This document shows, one piece after another, positions 28,492 to 38,915 of a stretch of DNA of 64,000 nucleotides; within the stretch, counting starts at the first letter, position 1, and each line of letters opens with the position of its first letter. This DNA comes from Planctomycetota bacterium. GTDB lineage: Bacteria; Planctomycetota; GCA-002687715; CAIWVZ01. A program made the position numbers and the translations under genes. A model generated the notes under the pieces. That model did not search any database and had not been told where the DNA came from. It saw only the letters and a program-made list of their open reading frames with translations. The stretch spans positions 64,001-128,000 of the forward strand of contig JBGANV010000011.1 in the NCBI GenBank assembly GCA_044222185.1. The letters are read 5' to 3'.

Positions 28492-30573
28492 TCAGGGCAC
28501 CAATTCGAGGCGAGTGACGTCGCTGGCGAACGATGGCTGCCCGAAGCCGTCGATCGTCGCGAAGGCATGGTGGAGAACGATGCCCGCAAGACCGGGGATG
28601 CCTGCGGGAACCGTCAACGTCGCAACCGATCGCCCGAATCCATCCAGCGTCGAGAACGTGTTGCCGAACGGCGGCAAGTTGGCGAACTGGATCGTCAGCT
28701 GGAAGTAAGGATCGATGTTCAGCGGAATGGTGAACGCCCCGACCTGGAAGCCGGGTTGGGTTCCGCTGGCCGTTCCAGCGAGCACGTACAAAGCGCCGGC
28801 GCGGGGAACGCCCGCGTCGAGATACATGGTGTGAACGCCGCCAGCCGCCGCGGAGATGTGCGACGGGACGCCGGAGATCGAGCCGAGGCGGATCGTGACG
28901 ATCGCCCCGCCACCGCCGCTCGTCGTCGGGAAGTTCACAGCCGAGCAGATCGTCCCGTCGGCGTTGAAGCTCAGCGGGTTCGCGGCTCCGTTGTTGAACT
29001 GGATGCCCGAACCGAACGAGCCGATGTTCTTGGTCGTGTTGTCCGGAAGCGTGATCACGTCGTTGCCGCGAGCGACCAACTGCAGGCCGACGATGGGATC
29101 GTAGGCATAGGTAGCGTTGCCGTTGCCGCTCACGGGGACGACGTCGCCTCCGACGAGCGATGCGCTGAAGACGATCTGGCCGCGCTCGTTCATGATCATG
29201 AAGAGGCCGGTCTGGTTGCCGAACACGGCACCCGCCGTACCCGGGGCCGGGTCGCCCTCCTGCATGATCTTCACGAAGTTGTTGGCCGTCCCCTTCCAGA
29301 TGCCGGTGTCGTTCGTCGTCGTCGTGCCGCCGCCCAGGAGCGATGCCTCGAAGGCGATCTCGTCGCCGTTGTTGATGTTGAGGCTGGCGTTGCTCACGAC
29401 GTCGAACGTGGCGCCACCGGTGCCCGGCGCGACGTCGCCGCGGCGCATGGCCATGGTCCAGCCACTGATGCCGCCGATGTACAGCGCGCGATCCGTGAGC
29501 CCGGCAACCACGTTGCCGCCGGAGATGTCAGCGGAGATCACCGTGTTCCCGTTGTTGTTGAACGTGTTCGATCCGGTGTTCACCGTCCAGCCGTTGCTGG
29601 CGAGGCTGAAGGTGCCGCCGCCGGTGCCCGGGGCCGGATCACCTTCGCGCAGGATCAGCGTGTTGCCCACGCCCTGGTTGTAGATCCAAAGCGTCTTGTC
29701 GTTCGCGGCCGTCGCTGGCGTGGTGCCGAGCGACGTCGAGAGCGTCTCGTCGTGGAGGACCTGGCCGAGGGAGTTCATCTGGCTGATGAACCCCAGTGCG
29801 CTGATGCCGACGGTGCCACCGAGGACGAGGTCGCCCTTGCGTTGCATGAGTTGGAGGTTGCCGGGAAGGCCGGTGAACCACCCCGAGTTGTTCGCGGTCG
29901 TGCCCGAGGTGATCGTGTCACCGCCGGCGGTCGCGCTCTGGAACAGGATGTATCCGCTCTCGTTGCACCCTGTCGACTGCTGGCTCATGCTCGAGAAGCT
30001 CGACGAAAGCGTGGCGCCGGCCGTGCCCGGAGCCGGATCGCCTTCGCGGAAGAACGGCGCGAGGCTGCCTGGGAGGCCACCGAAGAACGCCGAGTCGTTC
30101 GAGGTCGTGAGGCCCGTCCCCGACATCGCGGAGGCGAACATCATGATGCCGGTGCTGGACATGCGAACGGTCCCGTTGAGTCCCTGGGCCGTCGCCGTAT
30201 TCAGCGTGATGCCAGCCGGGAGGCCAGGAGCCGCGTCGCCGCCACGAATGACCATCTGCAGGTCAGCGGCCGTGTGCCCGCGGAAGAGCGCGCGCTCGTT
30301 CGTCGTCGCGATGTTCCCTGTCATGCGACTGCGGAAGAAAACCTCGCCGTTCGCGTTGATCACGGGGCTGTCGAATGGCGACGGCGGGTTGGGATTGGAG
30401 CCGGTCTGGCTCGGTGCGGCAAGCACCGCGCTCGCCGCCGTGCCGGGCGCGAACATGCCGGAATACGCGACGAAGTTTGCGCGGGTCTGGACGAGGCTCG
30501 GGCTCGCCACCTGCGCGAGCGCCGGCATCGCCAGCGCCAGGACGACCAACAGCAAAGGATTCGATCTGCTCAT
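28492..30573 (-). CDS. Secreted NxxGxxxF tandem-repeat (beta-propeller) protein with terminal domain
   Basis: Signal MSRSNPLLLVVLALAMPALAQ; repeats INANGEVFF, CNESGYILF, INNGDEIAF, MNERGQIVF and REGDPAPGT; C-terminal GIVLHHAFATIDGFGQPSFASDVTRLELVP. Confidence 0.85.
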   Translation of the reverse strand: MSRSNPLLLVVLALAMPALAQVASPSLVQTRANFVAYSGMFAPGTAASAVLAAPSQTGSNPNPPSPFDSPVINANGEVFFRSRMTGNIATTNERALFRGHTAADLQMVIRGGDAAPGLPAGITLNTATAQGLNGTVRMSSTGIMMFASAMSGTGLTTSNDSAFFGGLPGSLAPFFREGDPAPGTAGATLSSSFSSMSQQSTGCNESGYILFQSATAGGDTITSGTTANNSGWFTGLPGNLQLMQRKGDLVLGGTVGISALGFISQMNSLGQVLHDETLSTSLGTTPATAANDKTLWIYNQGVGNTLILREGDPAPGTGGGTFSLASNGWTVNTGSNTFNNNGNTVISADISGGNVVAGLTDRALYIGGISGWTMAMRRGDVAPGTGGATFDVVSNASLNINNGDEIAFEASLLGGGTTTTNDTGIWKGTANNFVKIMQEGDPAPGTAGAVFGNQTGLFMIMNERGQIVFSASLVGGDVVPVSGNGNATYAYDPIVGLQLVARGNDVITLPDNTTKNIGSFGSGIQFNNGAANPLSFNADGTICSAVNFPTTSGGGGAIVTIRLGSISGVPSHISAAAGGVHTMYLDAGVPRAGALYVLAGTASGTQPGFQVGAFTIPLNIDPYFQLTIQFANLPPFGNTFSTLDGFGRSVATLTVPAGIPGLAGIVLHHAFATIDGFGQPSFASDVTRLELVP

Positions 30574-31040
30574 CTCACACGTCCTCATGGCTGAGTGCGA
30601 GCAAACTCGACGGGCATCGACCGGGGCGTCGGCGCCCCGAGGTCCGGGGCAGGTCGACCCCTGGGCCGGGCCGCAGCACGTTCCGAACCCATTTCCGCCG
30701 ACGACGCCACCTCGCGCGACGCCATCGACCGCGCTCGCCTCAGCACTGATCTCGATCTGGTTGGGGGGCAATGGACCGAACCGGTCGCCGGCGCGGTCCG
30801 GGTCCACGTCGCGCAGGGCGCAAGCCCTCGGCGCGGGACCCTCCAGTTCCCTTTAGGTCGCCGTGGGATTTTCTAGCGGGGGACATAACGAGGACGCCGC
30901 ATTTCTTGGCTGCTGCGGCTGAGACTCAGTCCTCGCACCATCCGATTCCGCGCGCCTCGCCGCGGTTCGACTCGGCATGGGACCGGGTGCGGCCTTCTGG
31001 TCGGGTCGCCCAACCGCCGGACGCGCGGCCGCCCGGCCGA

Positions 31041-34000
31041 CTAACGCGTCTCGGGGCGAGCCGTCACGGGGCGCGTCGCCGACCGGGTTCCCAGGCGGGC
31101 GACGCGAGCGAGAAGGTCGGTCCATGCCGCGGACTCGGCCATTGGCAGCCGATCTCGCTGGCTCGCGTCGCCGACCCCCGCAAAGCCGGGGTCCTCGAGG
31201 ATCCGGCGCGAGAGCGCCGCGCCCTCTTTCGCGCCGCCGTCGTTGCCGACTTCCGCCTCGGCGGCGCTGACGATCGGCGTCAGCCACGCGAGCGCCTTGC
31301 CCCGCCATTCCGCCGCATCCGCCGGGTCCACCCGTTCATTGCCGCCGCCCGTTCCGGCCGACGCCGCAGCCCTCGCGGCGAATTCCCGGAACGACTGCGG
31401 GATCGCCATCCCCGGCGGAGCCCGTCCGAGCAACTCGACGGAGAAGCGCGCCGCACTGACGTGCCGCCCCATGTACCAGGAGGCCCTGGCCAGGAACGCG
31501 AGCTGGTCCATCCCGCGGGCCAGGAGGTCGTCCATCGTTTCCTCGCGCAAGTCATCGGCGGCCGCCGCGAGGGCATCGGCCTCGGCAACCCATTCGGCCG
31601 ACGGGAACTTCCACGAAGCCCCGCGCGCCGACCCGAGCTGGTGTCCGCGGCGAAGCAACTCGCACCCTTCCCTGAATTCGCCTGCGCGAACCAACGCCTG
31701 CCCCAGATCGCAGAGGATCTCGGGCGATCGCGGGTCGCGCTCGAGGGCCTCGCGGAACGCCGTCAACGCCTCCGTAGGCCGCACGTTCGTCAACTGCACG
31801 GCCAGGGCGTGCCACACGTTCGCAGCGTCCGGCGCCAGTTCCGTCATCTTGCGCAGGAGCGGCAACGCCTCCCCCACGCGATCGTCGGCCACGAGGATCT
31901 CGGCGAGAGCCGCCACGAGATCGACCTTGTCCGGCCAGGTCGAAAGAGCCTTCCGGACGGTCTCCTCCGCATCGCGCGCCCGGCCGCTCTCCCGAAGGAC
32001 GACGACGAGCCCGGCGTAGGGCATCGCCATCTCGGGGTCGAGGGCGATCGCCTGCCGGAGCAGTGTCTCCGCGCGGCGGAGGTCGTTGCGCTTCCATGCC
32101 ACCAGGCCTTCGAAGTGCACGGCCGGCGCGTACGTCGGGTCGATGTCGCCCGCTTCCTCGAAGTGACGCTCCGCGGAGTTCAGGTCGCCGACCTGCAGGA
32201 ACGCCTGCCCCAGGTCGACGTGGGCATGGGCGCTCCTGGGCCGTAGCGCCAGCGCCATGGAGAACTGGCGGATGGCATCCGTGAGCGTCGCAGCGTTGGG
32301 ATCGCGCAGCAGCATGCCGAGCTGGTGGTGAATCTCGTAGACGCCGGCGTATCGAGCTTGAGCCTCGTCGAGTACCGCGATCGCCCGCGCCCGATGGCCG
32401 ACGTCGTTCAGACTCAGCGCCAGGAGGATCTGGGTGTCATCCGACTCGGCGGCACGCTCCGCCGACTCGACGAGAGCATCGAGCGCCGCGCCGTCGCGGG
32501 TGGCCACGGCCGCGCGAACCTTCACGCGGAACTCATCGGGATCCACGCGGTTTGCAACCTCCACGAGTGTTCCCGCAGTCTCGGCGGCGGGCCCGCCGAG
32601 CGCGCGCCGCGACCGAGCCCAATCGTCCAGCGCCCGAACGAGCCACGTGCGCAGCGGATGCACCCGCACCTTCTCCGCGGCCCCTGTGACTCCGAGGGCA
32701 TCCACGTCGATGCCGGCCCGAGTGAACAGCTGCGTGTAGTCCCGGTCCTTGGACAGACGGTCCCGAGAATCACCCACGCGCTCCCGGATGGTCCGGAGCT
32801 GTTCGAGTAGCCGGTGACTGTCCACGTCCGCGAGGCGCGAACGCTCGACGGCGGCCACCTGATCCTCGATGCGGCTCTTGATGTCGGGCGCGACGCTGCG
32901 ACTTCGGACGAGAGCGGCGGCGTTCTGTGCGAGCGCGACCGCCTCGTCCCAGGCGCGCGGGTCGGGCTCGGTTCCCTGACTCGCACGCTCCGAAAGCAAC
33001 CGGATCCGTTCGCTCATCTCGACGGCCGCGTGCTCGTCGTCGCGAACGCGGGCCGACCGCTCGTGCTCGACCCAGATCCAGCCGCCGGCCGCGAGCACGA
33101 CCGCCAGCACCACCGCCGCGGCAAGCGCGATCGCGAGGCGCCGCTGGCGCCCCTCGGCTGCGGCCCTCGCCCGCGCCGCCGCCGCGTCCACCGCGAGGAT
33201 GCGCGCACGCTCGTCGAGTGAACGCAGGTATCGACCGACCTGGTCGGCCACGACGCCCGCGCTCTCCGGACGAGCTGCAGGATCCGGTGACAAGCAGCGC
33301 CGCGCGATGTCGACGAGTTCGGGGTCCGCGCCACTGGCATCGAGGCGCTGGCTCGCATCGGCCAGCCACGCCCTGGACGCAGCGAGGAGGATCTCGGACG
33401 CCGTCTCACCTTCGTAGGGCGGCTTGCCGGTGAGGATCTCGCAGAGAACCCCGCCGAGGGCGAACACGTCCGACCGGGGGCCGATCCGCTGCGTGTCGCC
33501 CGTCGCTTGCTCGGGCGACATGTAGGCCGGCGTCCCGACGATGCGCGCTCGGGGCGCCGAAGGGTCGTCTCCTGGGTGCGAGACGAAGCCCCAATCGGTC
33601 ACGAGGATCTCGCCGAACGCGCCGAGCAGGATGTTCGCGGGCTTCAGGTCCAGGTGACACACGCCGCGAGCGTGCGAGTACGCGAGCACCTGGCAGATCT
33701 TCTCGAAAGCCGAGAGAAATCCGAGGCGATCCTCCGTCGCGTCGGAGCGAGCAGCGAGAGTGGCCGCGAGCGTCCGCCCCTCCACGAGCTTCATCGTGAA
33801 ATAGGGCCGCCCATCGTCGGCCTGTCCGAGCTCGTGAACGGGGACGACCCCGGGATGCTGCAGCCCGCTCCCCACCCGCGCCTCGGTGACGAACCGGCGA
33901 ACCATCTCCGGATCGTCGGCCAGGTGCTCGTGGAGGATCTTCACGGCGACTGGCCGATCGAGCTCCGTGTCGTTCGCGCGCAGGACCAGGCCCATTCCCC

Positions 34001-34181
34001 CGCGGCCGACGAGCGCCTGGATCGGGTACCTGCCCACGGACTCGGGAACCCGGTTGGACGGCGCGCCCTTGGGTCGCGACAGCACGCTCCCGCTCCCGCC
34101 CGTTCCAGCGGGACAACCTTCAGCGGGCGAGAACGCCGCGCTCAGGGCCTTCTCCAGATAATCCTCGGACGGCTCGTTCAT
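31041..34181 (-). CDS. Membrane Ser/Thr kinase with TPR repeats, ECF-associated
   Basis: GRGGMGLV, VAVK, HLDLKPAN, DWG, GTPAYMSPEQ; TM LAIALAAAVVLAVVLAAGGWIW; TPR motifs. Confidence 0.92.
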   Translation of the reverse strand: MNEPSEDYLEKALSAAFSPAEGCPAGTGGSGSVLSRPKGAPSNRVPESVGRYPIQALVGRGGMGLVLRANDTELDRPVAVKILHEHLADDPEMVRRFVTEARVGSGLQHPGVVPVHELGQADDGRPYFTMKLVEGRTLAATLAARSDATEDRLGFLSAFEKICQVLAYSHARGVCHLDLKPANILLGAFGEILVTDWGFVSHPGDDPSAPRARIVGTPAYMSPEQATGDTQRIGPRSDVFALGGVLCEILTGKPPYEGETASEILLAASRAWLADASQRLDASGADPELVDIARRCLSPDPAARPESAGVVADQVGRYLRSLDERARILAVDAAAARARAAAEGRQRRLAIALAAAVVLAVVLAAGGWIWVEHERSARVRDDEHAAVEMSERIRLLSERASQGTEPDPRAWDEAVALAQNAAALVRSRSVAPDIKSRIEDQVAAVERSRLADVDSHRLLEQLRTIRERVGDSRDRLSKDRDYTQLFTRAGIDVDALGVTGAAEKVRVHPLRTWLVRALDDWARSRRALGGPAAETAGTLVEVANRVDPDEFRVKVRAAVATRDGAALDALVESAERAAESDDTQILLALSLNDVGHRARAIAVLDEAQARYAGVYEIHHQLGMLLRDPNAATLTDAIRQFSMALALRPRSAHAHVDLGQAFLQVGDLNSAERHFEEAGDIDPTYAPAVHFEGLVAWKRNDLRRAETLLRQAIALDPEMAMPYAGLVVVLRESGRARDAEETVRKALSTWPDKVDLVAALAEILVADDRVGEALPLLRKMTELAPDAANVWHALAVQLTNVRPTEALTAFREALERDPRSPEILCDLGQALVRAGEFREGCELLRRGHQLGSARGASWKFPSAEWVAEADALAAAADDLREETMDDLLARGMDQLAFLARASWYMGRHVSAARFSVELLGRAPPGMAIPQSFREFAARAAASAGTGGGNERVDPADAAEWRGKALAWLTPIVSAAEAEVGNDGGAKEGAALSRRILEDPGFAGVGDASQRDRLPMAESAAWTDLLARVARLGTRSATRPVTARPETR

Positions 34182-34292
34182 GCAGGGGGCGGGGGCTGGC
34201 GACGACGCAGGCGGTACATGGGCTCACAAACAGGTTCGGACCGACTGAGGATCTCTAGCGGAAAACCTTTCGAAGCTTGCGGCACATCCGGG

Positions 34293-34967
34293 TCAGAGAG
34301 CCGAGAAGATCTCGATGCAACGTCTTTCCAGTTCCTCACGTGTGTCGGTCGGGTGGTAGGCGGCGAGGACCTCGAGCAACGCGGCGCGAAACTCCTTCCG
34401 GGCCCGCGTCATGAGCGGATAGACGGCCGCCACGTCGAGCGCGAGCTCGACGGCGATGTCACGACTCGGCAGGCCCCGTTCGTACATCAGCTCGAGGGCT
34501 CGCAGCCGCAGCGCCGCCTGGCCACCGGCGTCCGCCCGTGATGCGAGCAGCCGGCGCGCCTCGCGGGTGAGAGCCTGGGCGAACGCCCGATCGAACACGC
34601 GCGAAGCGCTGGCGTCGTCGCTTTCGACGCCGTCGAGCTCATCCGAGTCCTGGGCCCGACGTCGCCGCTGGCGTGCAGCCTCCAGCGTCCCGGCGACGTT
34701 GCGTGTGATCCCGTAGAGGAAGGCGCGGAACCCACCGGGTCTGTCGGACTCGGCCCGAGCGAGGGCGCCGCCAGGCTTGAAGCATTGGAGGAACACCTCC
34801 TGTGCGCCATCGGCGACCTCCTCGTCGGACGGTGTCAGGCGCCACCGCGCGGCAAGGTATGCGCGGATCACGGGACCGTAGAGCCGGGAGAAGGTCTCGC
34901 GGCTCTCCGGGTCACCGGCGGCCGCACTCCTCACCAGCGTCCAGCATGTGGAGTCCCCGCGATCCAT
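34293..34967 (-). CDS. ECF sigma factor (kinase-associated type)
   Basis: STCWTLVRSA, LYGPVIRAYL, QEVFL, GGFRAFLYGITRN, sigma4 LPSRDIAVELAL. Lies directly upstream of the kinase. Confidence 0.88.
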   Translation of the reverse strand: MDRGDSTCWTLVRSAAAGDPESRETFSRLYGPVIRAYLAARWRLTPSDEEVADGAQEVFLQCFKPGGALARAESDRPGGFRAFLYGITRNVAGTLEAARQRRRRAQDSDELDGVESDDASASRVFDRAFAQALTREARRLLASRADAGGQAALRLRALELMYERGLPSRDIAVELALDVAAVYPLMTRARKEFRAALLEVLAAYHPTDTREELERRCIEIFSAL

Positions 34968-35020
34968 GGCGAGGATGATACCCGGCGGGCCCCGCATGGC
35001 CGTGCGCGGCGAGCGCGGCG

Positions 35021-35989
35021 TCAGAGAAGCGTGTACGCGAACGGGTTCGTGAACGCGGCGACCGAGGTCAGCGACGCATCCAACTCGAGCCCAACGCAGT
35101 AGATCGTCGTCCCTGAGGGGAGCGGCCCGGGGATCACGACCGTTGCGCTGCCATTGCCGTCGAGCGTTCCGAAGAACGGCGGTCCCAGCGCGACCTCGGC
35201 CAGGGCATCGGAGATCGACAGGTCGATCCCGAAGAGCGCGCCGTTGGGAAACGAGCCCTGGGTGAACGTGACGAGGTTGACATGGGTGTTGCCGGGTACT
35301 CCGCACGCGTTCGTCATGGTGAGCGCGCCCGAGGCGGCGGTCTGCGAGAGGGTGAAGCGGTAATCCCTGCAGATCTGGAAGCCGTCGATCGTGCCCGCGC
35401 CCTGCGCCGCCGACCAATCGATCACGAGGTCTGCGCCCGCGGCCAACGTGACGGCGTGCACGGCGTGCGTGATCCCGGGCGTGAACGTGTTCACCGCCAC
35501 CAGTGCGCCCCCGACGACCTGCGGGTTCGGACTCGTCGATCCCTGCACGCTCACGCTCGTCAGGTACGAGGCGCTGTCGGGCGCCCACGCATAGGTGAAC
35601 ACCACGTAACGACCGGGGGCGAGGCCCGTGAACCGGTAACTCATGGACATCCCCGCCGCGGCTGCGTGGCCGTCGTCCATCAGCGATTGGAAGTAACCCG
35701 TCGTCATCAGGTTGTTGAACCCGAACAGGCCGCCCATGCCGTCATTGCGCGTACACACGACACCGGTCGCGGCTCCCGACAGATCGGACAGCGCAAACGG
35801 GCCCGCGCTGACGTTGGCGAGCCAGTTCCACGTTCCAGGTTGATGCGCCGCCGCGCCGTATGTCGGCGCTGGCGTCCCGGAGCCCGCGCCACCGGGGACG
35901 ATGGATCCGACGTCGAGGTTGAAGGACTGGGCGACGAGCGACGTGGCGAGAAGTGCGGACACTGCGACGGTTCGGGGCCTGATTCTCAT
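35021..35989 (-). CDS. Secreted protein (beta-sandwich-like domain) with terminal domain
   Basis: ATG 35989 with AAGGA RBS; signal MRIRPRTVAVSALLATSLVAQ; C-terminal FTLSQ...PPFFGTLDGNG...GTTIYCVG...FTNPFAYTLL. Confidence 0.8.
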   Translation of the reverse strand: MRIRPRTVAVSALLATSLVAQSFNLDVGSIVPGGAGSGTPAPTYGAAAHQPGTWNWLANVSAGPFALSDLSGAATGVVCTRNDGMGGLFGFNNLMTTGYFQSLMDDGHAAAAGMSMSYRFTGLAPGRYVVFTYAWAPDSASYLTSVSVQGSTSPNPQVVGGALVAVNTFTPGITHAVHAVTLAAGADLVIDWSAAQGAGTIDGFQICRDYRFTLSQTAASGALTMTNACGVPGNTHVNLVTFTQGSFPNGALFGIDLSISDALAEVALGPPFFGTLDGNGSATVVIPGPLPSGTTIYCVGLELDASLTSVAAFTNPFAYTLL

Positions 35990-36195
35990 GGGCGATCCTT
36001 CGGTCGGGGGCAGAGCACGGTGGACGCCGCAGGTGCAAGCGCCGTGCCCGCGTCGTCGCAGGCGGAGAACCGCGGGCAACGGGTCAGGCAGGGGCCCCGC
36101 TCCGTGTACGTTCGCCCACGCGCCGGGCAATTCACACACGCGAAGGTCGGCGCAACCGGGTCGTCGCGGGGCACAGAGCGCCGCGCTGCGACGCG

Positions 36196-38199
36196 TCAGT
36201 CGGACGTTGCGGGCTTCGGCACGGTCGTTCGCGCGGCGACCTGGCGGTTGTAGGCCTCGATCACTTCACGTCGTCGCAGAAGCCCGAGGAGGCTCTTGCC
36301 GGTCGCCACGTCGACGACGGGGATCTCGTCGATGTTCTTCTGGGTGAATCGTCGCATCACGAGGCTCAAGTCGTCGGCCGGCGTCACGGCGATGACCGGC
36401 GTGGTCATGACGTCCGCCGCCACGAGCGCATCCCACATCGTCTCGTCGTTCACGAATCGGCGCACGTCGCTCGTGCTGAAGATGCCCGCCAATGCGCCCG
36501 ACCCGTCCACGACCGGATAGTAGTGGCTCTGGCCCTCGGCGAGGCGCCGGATCAGCGCGCGCAACGGCGTCGCGATCGTGACGGTTTCCGACGGCCTCAC
36601 GCGATCCATGAGGTCGGAGACGCGCAACCCTTCGAGCACATCCACGATGAAGTCGCCACGGTGGGCGGGAGACTCGGTTCTCGACGACACCTGGGAACGG
36701 TAGAGGCGGGCATTGCGGCACAGCGCGAAGGTGATCGCACCGGCACCCATCGCCGGAACGAGCAGGTCGTAGTTCCCCGTCATCTCGCTGACCATGATCA
36801 GCGTCGAGATCGGCACGCGCGCCACGCCCGTGAAGAACGCCGCCATGCCGACGATGGTGAACGCGCCAGGATGGGGCGCGACGCCGGGCCATACCTGCTG
36901 GAACAGGATGCCCACCGCCGTGCCCACGGAGCCCCCGATCACCATCGACGGCCCGAACACGCCCGCGCTGCCGCCGGATCCGATCGTCAGCCCCGTGGCC
37001 ACGATCTTGCCGAGCGCGAGCAGCGCGAACGTGCCGCAAAGTGCCCAGGCTCCCGCGCCGCGAAAGGTCGCCGGGGTCAGATCGAGGGACTCCTGCAGCG
37101 GCGCATAGCCGAATGAAAGCACGCTCAAGGCACGGCCGTCACCCAGAACCTTCATCAGTCCGAGAGCCAGGCCTCCCGTGAGGAGTCCACCGAGAGCTGG
37201 TTTGACGATTGGGTGCAGCCGCAGGCGCTCGAAGGCGGATTCGATCCCGTGAAACGTGCGCACGTAGACGTGCCCCACGGCCGAAAGCACGAGGGCGAGG
37301 ATCGCGTAGGGCACGAGTTCGATCGGCGAGTGGAACGTGAACGCCGACGAGTTCGGAATGAGGTCGGCGGCGAAGAGAGTCCCGGGCCCGGCGTGCCAGG
37401 TGAACACGCTGTAGGACGTGATGCAGCCCACGAGCGCCGGCATGACGACCTCGCTCTCGAACTCGCAGTCGTGATAGAGGATCTCGGCCGCGAACAGTGC
37501 GCCGGCGAGTGGCGCGCGGAAGATCGCGGCGACGCCCGCGCCCATGCCGACCGCGAGCAGGATCCGCCGATCGCGGTTGGGCAGTCCGAGCCACGACGCG
37601 AGCACGGAGCCGAACCCGGCGCCGATCTGGGCGATCGGGCCCTCGCCTCCCCCGCTCCCACCGGTGCCAAGCGTGATCGACGACGCCACCGTCTTCACCC
37701 AGACGACGCTGGCATGGATGACGCCCTTCTTGTGGTGGTACGCATGGATCGCCGAATCCGTGCCGTGTCCCTTCGCATCCGGCGCGAATCGGCGAATCAG
37801 CCAACCGACCGCGAGTCCCCCAACCGTCGGAAGAAGCAGGCACCAAAGCGGGGAGATCGTCGCGCGATCGTAGGCGTACGGTGTCGTGAGGTCGCCGGTC
37901 TCGCCGCGGGGACGCACCGGGTGATAGCCCGCGAGACTGCCGAGCGCTGACTCGCCCAGACGGTGGGCCATCCAGTGAAAGGCGATGGCACCAAGCCCCG
38001 CGATGACCCCGACGATCGCGCTCAGAAGGAACCAGCGCCCCTCACCGAGCAGTGATTCGAGACGGCGAACCCAGGGCCGAAGGGGGCGCTGGCCGGAGGT
38101 TTCGACGGTCGGAAGATCGGTTGCGCGCGCACCCGCCGTTGCGAGGTCGCGATCCGCTCGACCATCCCCATCGCCGACGATTCGTGACGCGGGTTCCAC
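36196..38199 (-). CDS. ClC-family chloride channel/transporter with tandem CBS domains
   Basis: GxEGP motif (GGEGP), FRAPLAGALFAAE, GVFGP, many TM helices; C-terminal CBS pair (YPVVD, IPVVD). Confidence 0.92.
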   Translation of the reverse strand: MEPASRIVGDGDGRADRDLATAGARATDLPTVETSGQRPLRPWVRRLESLLGEGRWFLLSAIVGVIAGLGAIAFHWMAHRLGESALGSLAGYHPVRPRGETGDLTTPYAYDRATISPLWCLLLPTVGGLAVGWLIRRFAPDAKGHGTDSAIHAYHHKKGVIHASVVWVKTVASSITLGTGGSGGGEGPIAQIGAGFGSVLASWLGLPNRDRRILLAVGMGAGVAAIFRAPLAGALFAAEILYHDCEFESEVVMPALVGCITSYSVFTWHAGPGTLFAADLIPNSSAFTFHSPIELVPYAILALVLSAVGHVYVRTFHGIESAFERLRLHPIVKPALGGLLTGGLALGLMKVLGDGRALSVLSFGYAPLQESLDLTPATFRGAGAWALCGTFALLALGKIVATGLTIGSGGSAGVFGPSMVIGGSVGTAVGILFQQVWPGVAPHPGAFTIVGMAAFFTGVARVPISTLIMVSEMTGNYDLLVPAMGAGAITFALCRNARLYRSQVSSRTESPAHRGDFIVDVLEGLRVSDLMDRVRPSETVTIATPLRALIRRLAEGQSHYYPVVDGSGALAGIFSTSDVRRFVNDETMWDALVAADVMTTPVIAVTPADDLSLVMRRFTQKNIDEIPVVDVATGKSLLGLLRRREVIEAYNRQVAARTTVPKPATSD

Positions 38200-38253
38200 G
38201 GGCGGCGCACTCTACGTCGTCGTGAGGCTGGTCAAGGCTGTCGCCTGAGGCCG

Positions 38254-38784
38254 TCACTCAGGCTTCCGAGCGCGACGGCGGCGCCATCCCATCCGCAAGA
38301 GCAGCAGGCAGACCCCGAGAACCCCGCAGAGGAAACACGCCGCATGCAAACGCGCCACGTCGTAGGCGGATCCGAGCAGCGGATTCTCGGAGGTGAAGGG
38401 GGCGAACGGCCGCGCGTCCTCGTGCATGATCCCATCGAGGATCGGATGCGAGAGTGAGCCGAGCGCACCTCCGATCGCGATGGCGCGCGCGGAGAACTCG
38501 AACGAGGTGGCGCCCGCGGCGACATCCGCGCCGTCTGCGTCGAACCACCGAGCCAGGCGCCTGCGAAGCGCAACGAGAACGACGATGGTCACGACCCCGG
38601 CGACCGCAGCGCCCGGGAGCGTGTGGAGGGCGCGGTGAAGCGGCCACTCGCCGCGGAGCATGTGGTATCCGGTCTCGCAATCGATGGTCACGTTGGCCGC
38701 AGCGAACGCGAGGAACGAAACGTGACGGGGCAGGATCGCCTTGAGCGCGAGGCCCGGTCCGAAGTGGAAAGGCGTGAACGGCAT
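38254..38784 (-). CDS. Membrane protein, DUF4184/metal-dependent hydrolase-like
   Basis: MPFTPFHFGPG, HRALHT, SHPILDGIMH, TM segments. Confidence 0.75.
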   Translation of the reverse strand: MPFTPFHFGPGLALKAILPRHVSFLAFAAANVTIDCETGYHMLRGEWPLHRALHTLPGAAVAGVVTIVVLVALRRRLARWFDADGADVAAGATSFEFSARAIAIGGALGSLSHPILDGIMHEDARPFAPFTSENPLLGSAYDVARLHAACFLCGVLGVCLLLLRMGWRRRRARKPE

Positions 38785-38915
38785 GGAAGTCGCGCGAAGG
38801 AACGGCCGCACAGTCTACGGGTGCGCCGGAAACACGGCCATCGCCGTCGCGCACGTAGCATGGTCCCGCATTCGACGACCTTGATCGCCGCCACCTCAGC
38901 CACGGGAGCCACAGC

